From positions 1 through 51,777 of the forward strand of contig JAGTVB010000058.1 of the NCBI GenBank assembly GCA_018224385.1: DNA of 51,777 bases, read 5' to 3'. Numbering within the stretch: position 1 is the first letter of the stretch; each line of letters begins with the position of its first letter. This DNA comes from Gammaproteobacteria bacterium. Lineage in GTDB: Bacteria > Pseudomonadota > Gammaproteobacteria > HK1. Position numbers and translations under genes: made by a program. A model generated the notes under the pieces. That model was not told the DNA's origin. It made no database searches and saw nothing but the letters and a program-made list of their open reading frames with translations. Below are positions 38,909-46,602 of the stretch, in pieces.

Positions 38909-40057
38909 ATGGAGCTGTCTCGAGAAGACGCCCTGCGACTCAATGTGCTGTTGGCTGGCGAGGTTCATGCGATCCGCATCGACGAGTCGGCTATGACCGT
39001 GTATGGCTTATGCGAGCGCGGTGAAGCCCAGATCAAGCTCAAGCCGAGCGGGCGCAACGATCACTACCTGCGGTTAGTGCGTGAAACCATCTCCGGCCAT
39101 GTGCTGGGATCCCCGGGCGGCTATCCGGTGTATCTCAAACGTTGGACGCGGATGGGGCAGGCGCGTGACGAAAGCCTGACGCAGCTCCTGAAACTGGGCG
39201 AGCCGGAGGCGGTCTCAGCCGTGGTGCATGCGCGGGGACTGACCGAGATATTGGCAAGGCACGCCTGGTGGGCCGAGCCCTCGGCGGAAAACGCGCGCAG
39301 CATGTTGCGCCGAACAGCGGTAGTCAACAGTACCCTGGGCCCGGTATTGGCGGAGTATTTGCTCGATTATCTGCCGTTCGAAACTGAGCCGTCCACGACG
39401 GTGGAGACGGTGCGGCTGGTTCTTCAACAACCGCCGCTTATCAGTCCAGAGGTACGTCACGGGATCTGGAACAAGGCAAAGCACAAGACCACTTACCAGG
39501 TGGGATTTCTACTGGCCTGCCCGGACGATCTCCCGCAACCTCGGGGGCCCCGACCCGGTGTGCAGCCGAGCGCGGCGCGGATAGAGCCTTTGCTGGCCGC
39601 GTCAAATCCTTTTGCCCAACAGCTGGTGCGGGTTTGGTCCGCCAGCGGGCAATCCTTTTTGTATGCCGCGGAGCAGGTGTTGCGTAAACCCGCCGACCAG
39701 GACATCGTATTGCTGCTGTTCCAAGCCATCGCAAGTTATTTCCAATCGGTTCGCATGGACGATGAGCCTGAAGCGGATATGGAGACGTTGATGCGGCAGG
39801 CGGCGCGCTTCTGTGTGGATGATGGCGACATCGGGACGAAGCAGCAGGCGGCGCTGCGGCAGGTTCTTCAGTGTTGCCCCGAGTGCCGGGCGGATCTCGA
39901 AGGGATGCTGGTCCTGGCCCGCCTTGGCTATCCGGCCGTACGCCCGGTGTTTTCGCGCACGACCGCCATTGGCAGCCTGATGCGGCGCAAGCTGGAATCC
40001 GTGACCTGCCATTTGTTTGCGTACCTGCGCCAGCTTCAGGGGCAGGGCGGGTCTTAA
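38909..40057 (+). CDS. dsrS: DsrS-like protein (accessory protein of the sulfur-oxidising dsr system)
   Basis: Recognised from memory of DsrS sequences: MELS.ED.LRLNVLLA...AIRIDES.M.V..L.ERGEA...SPGGYP.YLKRWTRMGQ...LGEPEAV. The size of about 42 kDa matches DsrS. The ATG at 38909 follows GGAAGGTGAGG. Needs HMM confirmation. Confidence 0.55.
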   Translation: MELSREDALRLNVLLAGEVHAIRIDESAMTVYGLCERGEAQIKLKPSGRNDHYLRLVRETISGHVLGSPGGYPVYLKRWTRMGQARDESLTQLLKLGEPEAVSAVVHARGLTEILARHAWWAEPSAENARSMLRRTAVVNSTLGPVLAEYLLDYLPFETEPSTTVETVRLVLQQPPLISPEVRHGIWNKAKHKTTYQVGFLLACPDDLPQPRGPRPGVQPSAARIEPLLAASNPFAQQLVRVWSASGQSFLYAAEQVLRKPADQDIVLLLFQAIASYFQSVRMDDEPEADMETLMRQAARFCVDDGDIGTKQQAALRQVLQCCPECRADLEGMLVLARLGYPAVRPVFSRTTAIGSLMRRKLESVTCHLFAYLRQLQGQGGS

Positions 40058-40074
40058 CCAGCTGGTGTTTGCAG

Positions 40075-41118
40075 ATGTCATCTACGGTCACTATCCAACC
40101 GAGCGGTCATGTCCTGACGGTAGCAACGACCGAGACCATCCTTGAGGCCGCGCTTCGGGCGGGCTTGGCCCTCGATTACGGCTGCACCAATGGCAGTTGC
40201 GGGAAGTGTAAGGCGCGGGTGACGGCGGGCGACGTTCGAGAGATCCATTTTCACGACTACGTCCTCAGTGCGGCGGAGCGCCAAGCAGGTTTTTGCCTTC
40301 TTTGCTGCGTGGCGCCGCAGGGCAACGGGGTAAGCATTTATGCCGAGCAGGCGCGCATCGGCGAGATTCCGATTCAGTCCATCACGGCGCGGGTACACAA
40401 GCTTGAATCATTCGGCGCCGGGTTAGCCGTGCTCAGTCTGCGAACGCCGCGTTCGCAAGTGCTGCGCTTTCTGCCGGGCCAGCAGCTGATCCTCAAACGT
40501 GAGGGGATCGGCGCTGCACGCGTGCCGATAGCCAGCTGCCCTTGCGATGGTATGCACCTGCGGTTTCACTTGCGCTATCGACCCGGAGATGCCTTTAGCG
40601 AGTGGGTCTTTCGTCACTCGAAGCGGGCTGATTCCGTGCACCTGGAGGGACCCTGGGGACGCTTCAGCCTGGATGAGGAATCGACGCGGCCCATTATTTT
40701 TGTTGCCAATGACGTAGGATTTGGAGCGGCGAGCAGCCTCATCGAGCATGCCCTCAACATCGATCTGCCGCAGTCGATGCATCTCTATTGGTATGCAGCG
40801 CGCCCGGAAGAGCACTATCTCGACAACCAATGCCGCGCTTGGGCCGATGCCTTGGATGCGTTTTCCTATACGCCACTGGTGGCCGCCGCCGACGCTGCGC
40901 CAGCGGGCGGTGGGGCGACCGGCGCCAATGTGCTCAGCGAGGCACCGCGCGTATCAGGGGAGGTGGGGCGCGCGATCGTCGAAAATTATCCCGATCTGAG
41001 CACGTTCGACTGTTACCTCATTGGCCCAAGGGCTTTCCGGGCGGCGGCGAAGCGACCGCTGTTGGCGCATGGGCTGCCCCAGCAGCGCCTGTTCGAGCAG
41101 GACATTACCCCGGATTAG
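40075..41118 (+). CDS. Plant-type [2Fe-2S] ferredoxin fused to an FNR-like reductase module
   Basis: C-x4-C-x2-C...C (GCTNGSCGKCKARV...LLCC) followed by a flavin-reductase-like barrel (RFLPGQQL) and a nucleotide-binding-like half with an atypical motif (IIFVANDVGFGAA instead of GGTG). The ATG at 40075 is 18 nt after the dsrS-like stop. The track ORF start at 39871 overlaps dsrS and is rejected. Confidence 0.75.
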   Translation: MSSTVTIQPSGHVLTVATTETILEAALRAGLALDYGCTNGSCGKCKARVTAGDVREIHFHDYVLSAAERQAGFCLLCCVAPQGNGVSIYAEQARIGEIPIQSITARVHKLESFGAGLAVLSLRTPRSQVLRFLPGQQLILKREGIGAARVPIASCPCDGMHLRFHLRYRPGDAFSEWVFRHSKRADSVHLEGPWGRFSLDEESTRPIIFVANDVGFGAASSLIEHALNIDLPQSMHLYWYAARPEEHYLDNQCRAWADALDAFSYTPLVAAADAAPAGGGATGANVLSEAPRVSGEVGRAIVENYPDLSTFDCYLIGPRAFRAAAKRPLLAHGLPQQRLFEQDITPD

Positions 41119-41175
41119 TTCTGGGGGGGATCCCTGCGCCTCGGCGAGCGGCCCACTTGAGAATTGGAAAGGGCG

Positions 41176-41859
41176 CTATTGCATGGAAACAAACAAGTTC
41201 GCCATGCTTTTTTTCAGTTGTTTGAACGTTTCCGGTGCCTGGATGTCCATGATTTGATCGATCACCCAGCGGTTGGTCTGATCCTCTCCCATGATTTTCA
41301 GTACCTGGGATCCGAAGTAGCGCAGAAAATCGTAACCCGGTTCGCCATTACGAAACGTTTGCGTGGCATAACCTGCCAAGCGTTCGTTCAGCAGCGCAAT
41401 GAACGCCCGGCGGTAGTTACCCGGTCCGGCAATGTCGACCAAGTTATCCTGCATCTGGTTGGCGAGTTGCTGAGCAAAGGCGTTGATGAAACGTTCCCGG
41501 TCTTCGTCGTCGAGCGGCCCGTACACGAGGCGATCGGCTGAGTGCACCAGGAAGGCCACGAATTCGCTGATGACACCGACGCGCTCTTTATCGGTCAGGT
41601 AATTAAAGCCCTCACCGTGGAGTTTTTTCGCCCCCTCTAGAGACAGGCGCCAGGTGATGAATGCGAGCGCATTGGCGTTGTCCTCAAGGGATTTTTGCGA
41701 AGGCTTGTTGCGCTGCGAGTGATGCCAAGTACTCTTGATTCGGATAGCCACCCTAGCATTTTCCCCCTGAGAAATTCCTGGTGGGGCGGTGGCCTTTCGG
41801 TGGTAGGCCGCCCACGCCCTAACGGTTTGGCCGACGTCGGCGTAATCAAGCTCGTGCAC
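41176..41859 (-). CDS. Hypothetical protein (227 aa), no recognised domain
   Basis: Clean ORF with typical codon usage. It is divergent from 41956-43002. Confidence 0.55.
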   Translation of the reverse strand: MHELDYADVGQTVRAWAAYHRKATAPPGISQGENARVAIRIKSTWHHSQRNKPSQKSLEDNANALAFITWRLSLEGAKKLHGEGFNYLTDKERVGVISEFVAFLVHSADRLVYGPLDDEDRERFINAFAQQLANQMQDNLVDIAGPGNYRRAFIALLNERLAGYATQTFRNGEPGYDFLRYFGSQVLKIMGEDQTNRWVIDQIMDIQAPETFKQLKKSMANLFVSMQ

Positions 41860-41875
41860 GCCATCTTTGCCACTG

Positions 41876-41904
41876 TTGACAATACTTTAGTATTTTCCTA
41901 AGTT
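41876..41904 (+). promoter_or_regulatory. Sigma70-like promoter with an embedded palindromic operator
   Basis: TTGACA (41876-41881), a 17-nt spacer, then TAAGTT (41899-41904). The perfect palindrome AATACT-TT-AGTATT (41881-41894) sits inside the spacer. It lies 52 nt upstream of the ATG at 41956. Confidence 0.6.
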
Positions 41905-41955
41905 TCTAAATCTGATGCAACCGGGTCGAGTGGATGATTTACGGGTTTGCCGCCA

Positions 41956-43002
41956 ATGGTTGAGAATCTAGAGCATTTACGGGCCGCGGTGCAGCGCAAC
42001 TGCGATGTGTCGGATGCCTTGTTTGCAGGCAATTACACGCTGTGCACTTATCTGCTGAAGATGCGTGAATACTTCCGATGGCATCAGGGTTACGCCCTCA
42101 CCGACGCCCTCTCAGGTGACGCGGTGGGGGCGTGGGTGGAGCATCGAGAACAACTATGGGAATCCTTGGCTTGTGAAGATTACGGCTGTCTTCCCGTGGA
42201 CTCCAATTGTTACGATCCCTTCGACAACGAATCCATCAATCGCGCTTTGATTCCCCAGGGATTCGTGTACAGCGGCGGCTATGGCGGGGGCGGCAAGCCG
42301 CATTTCTTCCTCGGCCGGCTGCTGTTCGTCGAGCCGCGCGACGACCTGATGGTTTATGTTTCCTCGTGTGAGTACGCACGTGATCTGACGGCACCGCCTG
42401 CCATGATACAAGGAAAGCAGGTTTTCGTGCGCCGTGAATCGCTGCGCCGTTCTATCTGGGAGCTCATCGAAGAGTGGCAGTGGACGCGACACGAGGGGCC
42501 GATGACCCGTGCCCTCAAGGACTACGCCTTCGATCGTGATCCGCAAGCGGCGCTGGAGCGCATCACCGAAGATCAAGTCACCACGGTGGTGCTCCACGAA
42601 ATGGGTGAGGCCCTGGCGGCGCAGCGGCTCGGCGAGGCCTGGGAGCAGATGTTGGTGACCGTGGCGGGCTCTCCCGCAGAGCTGGTGGCGCGCGCGGTGC
42701 GCGACCACATGGCGGATTGTCTGATGACTTTGCCAAGGTTGCTGGACTCGGGAGGGGCGCCGCCGGTGCATTTCTATTTTGCGGGCTTGCGGGGCATGCG
42801 CCGGCAATTGTTTCCTGAAGCGCTCGCCGCCTATGAGCAGTGGGTGAGTGAGGGCACGCTTTCTCCTCTACAGGCGGTATTGCAGTGGGGCAGCGAGCAC
42901 TTCAGTGCGTTATCGGCAGCCATGCTTGAGCTTCACCGGGAGGACGCGCCGCGGCTGGCGCGCGCCATTGAGGATTTGGTTGGCTTGCCCACGCGCCGAT
43001 GA
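41956..43002 (+). CDS. Conserved hypothetical protein (348 aa)
   Basis: Long clean ORF; ATG at 41956, with the track ORF opening at TTG 41947. It has a Gly-rich loop (YSGGYGGGGKPHFFLGRL). No catalytic motif recognised. Confidence 0.55.
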   Translation: MVENLEHLRAAVQRNCDVSDALFAGNYTLCTYLLKMREYFRWHQGYALTDALSGDAVGAWVEHREQLWESLACEDYGCLPVDSNCYDPFDNESINRALIPQGFVYSGGYGGGGKPHFFLGRLLFVEPRDDLMVYVSSCEYARDLTAPPAMIQGKQVFVRRESLRRSIWELIEEWQWTRHEGPMTRALKDYAFDRDPQAALERITEDQVTTVVLHEMGEALAAQRLGEAWEQMLVTVAGSPAELVARAVRDHMADCLMTLPRLLDSGGAPPVHFYFAGLRGMRRQLFPEALAAYEQWVSEGTLSPLQAVLQWGSEHFSALSAAMLELHREDAPRLARAIEDLVGLPTRR

Positions 43003-43078
43003 GGCGCCATCGTCATCGTTTCGGCACTTTTGTTCGCCGGTGTGACCACCCTGCTGCCGGCCTCACGGGGCGCCGTGA

Positions 43079-43210
43079 ATACATCCGTATAGGCTTTGAG
43101 TCCGGCATCGCTGCCGGACGCACCCGGGTAGCCAGCAGCGGGGCTGCCTGCACATCTCGGCACGCTTCCCCTGGTTACTTGGCGACGCTGACAAAACGAT
43201 GACGATGGCC
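43079..43210 (+). repeat. Dispersed ~133-nt intergenic repeat, copy 2
   Basis: See 1-132. The hairpin GTCCGGCA-TCGC-TGCCGGAC lies at 43100-43119. The 3' block is GACGCTGACAAAACGATGACGATGGCC. Confidence 0.7.
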
Positions 43211-43267
43211 GAATAATCGCTCAAAATGACGCCTTGTTACCGAGCCAAATAAGAGCCGCTATAAGTC

Positions 43268-43879
43268 ATGAAGTCACTACGGCACCCGCACAGTCCACAC
43301 CCCGTGGCTATCGACGAGTTGCGACCTTTGAGTTTTATTTTCGAGGTGCGAGACGGGCTCCCGCGGGAGGTCTGTCGAGAGATGATCCGCCGCTTTGAGA
43401 CGTGTACGGAGCAGCAATACCAAGGGCTGGTCGGTCAACGCCAATGGAAAGAGCGCTCTATCAAGAAGTCCACCGATCTCACCATGAGCGGCAAGGCAGA
43501 CTGGAAGGACATCGATGCCATGCTGTTTGCTTCTATGGCGCGCGCCATCGGAGCGTTTCGTCATCGCTATCCGTATTTCCAGGGGCGCTTCAAGGACATG
43601 GGCTATGTCATGCAGCGCACCCTCCCTGGAGAGTATTATCACTGGCATATTGACGGCGGCAGCCACGAGTTCAGTCAGCGGCAACTGGTGGCAATCTGGT
43701 ACTTGAACGATGTCGAAAGTCCCGGGGGGGAGACGGAATTTCTTTACCAAGATGTAAAAGTTAAGCCGAGCGAAGGTAAGTTGCTGCTGTTCCCGCCCTT
43801 CTGGACGCACCAGCATCGCGGCGTGACCCTGGAAAAGGGAGTGAAATACATCGCCACGACGTGGGTGGTGTTTGCCTGA
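43268..43879 (+). CDS. 2OG-Fe(II) oxygenase (prolyl-4-hydroxylase-like, ~200-aa type)
   Basis: HxD (HWHIDGG) and a distal His (FWTHQHRG) on a double-stranded beta-helix pattern. Confidence 0.75.
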   Translation: MKSLRHPHSPHPVAIDELRPLSFIFEVRDGLPREVCREMIRRFETCTEQQYQGLVGQRQWKERSIKKSTDLTMSGKADWKDIDAMLFASMARAIGAFRHRYPYFQGRFKDMGYVMQRTLPGEYYHWHIDGGSHEFSQRQLVAIWYLNDVESPGGETEFLYQDVKVKPSEGKLLLFPPFWTHQHRGVTLEKGVKYIATTWVVFA

Positions 43880-43901
43880 TCGATGCCTGGGGGAGGTTGT
43901 T

Positions 43902-44573
43902 TTGCTTCTGGAAATCGCCAGCGTCGTGGATGCCCAGCAATTGGCCGTTATCCGTCAGCTACTTGCCAATGGGCGCTTTGTGGATGGGAGGCAATCGGCG
44001 GGCATCACCGCAGGGCGGGTAAAGCGCAACCGCGAGCTGGATCCCCAAACGGCCGAGCTAAAACGGCTTAACAGCATGGTGCTGGGCAGCCTCTATCGCC
44101 ATCCAACCTTTCGTAGCGCTGCCTTGCCATACCGCATGTCGGGAGCTTTTTTTGCTCGCTACAGCGAGGGCATGGCGTACGGCGATCACGTTGATGACCC
44201 GGTGATGGGAGAACGGGAGCGCTACCGCTCCGACATTGCCATCACAGTCTTTCTGAATGATGTGGCGGATTACGAAGGCGGCGAATTGGTCATCCGCACC
44301 GCGTTTGGTGACAAGGCGGTGAAGCTTGCCGCTGGCGATGCGGTCATTTATCCCGCTTCCAGCCTGCATCATGTGGCCGAGGTGACCCGCGGTGAGCGCC
44401 TCGTGGCGGTTGCCTGGAGCCAGAGTCTCGTGCGGGACGCTGCCAAGCGGGAGCTACTCTATGAGCTGGACACGGTGCGGGAAACATTGCGCCGGGCGAT
44501 GCCCGCGGCGTTGGTGACGGCCAAAGTGGACCACTGCTATGTCAACCTGGTCCGCCTCTGGGCGGAAGTCTAA
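43902..44573 (+). CDS. Fe(II)-dependent oxygenase, PiuC/YbiX (PKHD-type hydroxylase) family
   Basis: The N-terminus aligns with YbiX-type proteins (..IASVVDAQQLAVIRQLL..GRFVDGR.SAG......KRN.ELD). HxD is YGDHVDD, and the distal His/Arg is SSLHHVAEVTRGERL. The TTG at 43902 lies 6 nt after GGGAGG. Confidence 0.8.
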   Translation: MLLEIASVVDAQQLAVIRQLLANGRFVDGRQSAGITAGRVKRNRELDPQTAELKRLNSMVLGSLYRHPTFRSAALPYRMSGAFFARYSEGMAYGDHVDDPVMGERERYRSDIAITVFLNDVADYEGGELVIRTAFGDKAVKLAAGDAVIYPASSLHHVAEVTRGERLVAVAWSQSLVRDAAKRELLYELDTVRETLRRAMPAALVTAKVDHCYVNLVRLWAEV

Positions 44574-45955
44574 ATAACCTGCAGCTGCTGTTCAGTAGGC
44601 TCAGCGCAGCAGTACCATGGTTCGGTGAGGTGTGGAATAGGGTCTCCCAGGTGATCGGGTAGATCGGGGGGGACCCCACCGAGGGTCTCATGGGCCATGG
44701 CCCAAATGCGGCTAAAGATAGCGCGCCGCGGCATGCCCAATTCATCCGCTCGCGCCACCAACGCTTGGACCTCCCGCTGCAACAGGTCTAGACGCGGATC
44801 ACGATGTCGCCAAGGGTAACCGAGCAGTCTCGGGTCGAAGGGGTCGACGAGCCCGCGGAAACCGGGCAACTGGAGTAGATGCGACCCTTCGGGCACCAAG
44901 AGACGAATGCTAAGCTGAACAGGGGGAACGCTCTCGACCAGCTTGAGCTCGACCAGCCGCCGCAGCAGCTCGATGTAGCCCTCGACCGTGGTCCAAGGGG
45001 TGAATGGGACGAACGTCGGGGCCAGTGCAATGCCGAGCCGGTGCATCAGCGCCACCGCCACCTCGAAGTCCCGATCGGTGTGCCCCTTGCGCAGGTGCAA
45101 CAGAATCTCATCGTCCACCGCTTCGACGGCTGAGGTGATAAACAAACATCCGGCCTCCTGCAATCCCGCCAGCCGCTCCCCCAGACCGACGATATGCTCG
45201 ATCTTAATCGTGGCGTCGAAGGTTACCTCGGGAAATTCCTGGTGCAGCGCACTGAGGATTCGCAAGGCATGGGTTGGACCATTCATAAAATCGGGATCGC
45301 CAAAGGATATGTGCTCCGCGCCCTGGGCGACCTGCTCACGGATATCGGCGAGCACCACCTGCGCCGGGACGACGCGAAAGCGGCCTTCATAAACAGGGAC
45401 CACCGGGCAGTGCCGGCAAAGGTGCTTGCAGCCGCGGCTCGCCTCGGTGAAACCCACTACTTTGCACTGCCCGTCCGGCAGCCGGAGTTGCGCATAGCGC
45501 CGCAGCGCGGGCAATCCTGAGCGGTCGGGTTTGATAAAGGCTATTTTGCTGCGATGCACAGTGGGCTGGAATGTTGGCACGGTGCCGCCTGCGTCGATCC
45601 GTTGCGCCGTCACCAGCAAAGCCGGCTCGAATTCCCCGCCAAGAACCGTGCCAATCCCGAGGGTTCGCAGCAACGTTTCGTTGACCGGAGCATACAGGCC
45701 ATAGGCGCACAGGTGGGCCTGCGGAGCCAATACCCGGATGCGTGGAAGCGCTTCGACAGCAATCCGCGTGGCGGTGTGCATGCCCAGGGAAATGGCAACC
45801 AACCGGGCTTCCCGCAGGGCTTCGCCATCGAGTCTTTGCAACGACAAGTCGATGCAGGTGACCTGAAAACCCGAGCGCCTTAACCAGGCGGCCGGTTCTG
45901 CCAGGCTGAAGGGTTGGCGACCGAGCTCATAGGGACTGACGAGAACAACGTGCAT
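44570..45955 (-). CDS. B12-binding-domain radical SAM protein with a CCAEP C-terminal tail (CUAEP/CCAEP-tail family)
   Basis: Radical SAM cluster motif CKHLCRHC, an N-terminal Rossmann-like B12-type domain, and a C-terminus ...EPWYCCAEPTEQQLQVI carrying the diagnostic CCAEP motif. Confidence 0.8.
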   Translation of the reverse strand: MHVVLVSPYELGRQPFSLAEPAAWLRRSGFQVTCIDLSLQRLDGEALREARLVAISLGMHTATRIAVEALPRIRVLAPQAHLCAYGLYAPVNETLLRTLGIGTVLGGEFEPALLVTAQRIDAGGTVPTFQPTVHRSKIAFIKPDRSGLPALRRYAQLRLPDGQCKVVGFTEASRGCKHLCRHCPVVPVYEGRFRVVPAQVVLADIREQVAQGAEHISFGDPDFMNGPTHALRILSALHQEFPEVTFDATIKIEHIVGLGERLAGLQEAGCLFITSAVEAVDDEILLHLRKGHTDRDFEVAVALMHRLGIALAPTFVPFTPWTTVEGYIELLRRLVELKLVESVPPVQLSIRLLVPEGSHLLQLPGFRGLVDPFDPRLLGYPWRHRDPRLDLLQREVQALVARADELGMPRRAIFSRIWAMAHETLGGVPPDLPDHLGDPIPHLTEPWYCCAEPTEQQLQVI

Positions 45956-45996
45956 CGTTTAGTGGCCCTCGCGGGCGGCGGCGCTTTGCGCAGGGG

Positions 45997-46078
45997 CTCA
46001 GAAGCTGATCCAAAAGGTCGTGAGCGCCGCACGCGCAAGGTGCACGGCGGCGCGCAACCGCAGGGTACACGGGAGTAC
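45997..46078 (-). repeat. Dispersed ~83-nt intergenic repeat (family 2), copy 2 (inverted)
   Basis: Its reverse complement, GTACTCCCGTGTACCCTGCGGTTGCGCGCCGCCGTGCACCTTGCGCGTGCGGCGCTCACGACC..., aligns with 10674-10756. Confidence 0.65.
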
Positions 46079-46213
46079 CCGGAGATTGCCGCCGCGCACC
46101 GCGGCAATGACCAGCGCCTGGTTTTTCAAATACCTTCTCAGGGCATGATGACGGGCGACGGCGAAACGTGTCGACACCACCCTAAGCCGCCGCCAGACGC
46201 TCGCACGCGCGCG

Positions 46214-46552
46214 CTAATAACCGCCCTTTCGGCGGCTTTCCGGGAGTCCGGCCACGCGGCCCGCTTGTTTGCTCGGGTTGCCTGGAAACAGATCGAAGAG
46301 GGTCTTGGTATCAACCTTTTCCCCCCACAGCTGACCCATCGCCTTGACCATCGTGCGGGTGTTTGGCTGATTTTCGTGATTGTTGAAATATTCATCGCGC
46401 AGATAATTAACAACGTCCCAGTGGCGGTGCTGGAGCTCGAGGCCGTCTTGTTGTGCAAGAGCTTCGGCTACCGCTTCATTCCATTCATCCAGGTTGACGA
46501 GGAAACCGGTTTCGGTGAGTTCCAGTTCCTTCCCGTCCACAACCAGCTTCAT
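46214..46552 (-). CDS. DsrC/TusE-family protein lacking both C-terminal cysteines
   Basis: Family pattern: ...L.ETGFLVNLDEWNE.VAE.LA...G.EL...HW.V.NYLR.EYF......P..R..VK..... The C-terminal arm ends ...AGLPESRRKGGY, with no Cys where DsrC has Cys-x10-Cys. Confidence 0.8.
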   Translation of the reverse strand: MKLVVDGKELELTETGFLVNLDEWNEAVAEALAQQDGLELQHRHWDVVNYLRDEYFNNHENQPNTRTMVKAMGQLWGEKVDTKTLFDLFPGNPSKQAGRVAGLPESRRKGGY

Positions 46553-46602
46553 GAGTGACCTCCTCGACGTCGACAGTTATCATTTTATCAGACCCTGGGA
46601 AC

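Noticed and set aside
39871-40074. 68-aa N-terminal extension of the ferredoxin-reductase ORF
   Set aside because: It overlaps the dsrS-like coding region in another frame. The ferredoxin domain begins right at the ATG at 40075 (MSSTVTIQPSG...).
45956-46213. Searched the gaps flanking the Cas6-like operon (also 49319-49836) for a CRISPR array
   Set aside because: There is no series of regularly spaced direct repeats. There is only one copy of repeat family 2 here, and a 2 x 10-bp tandem duplication in the dsrA upstream region.
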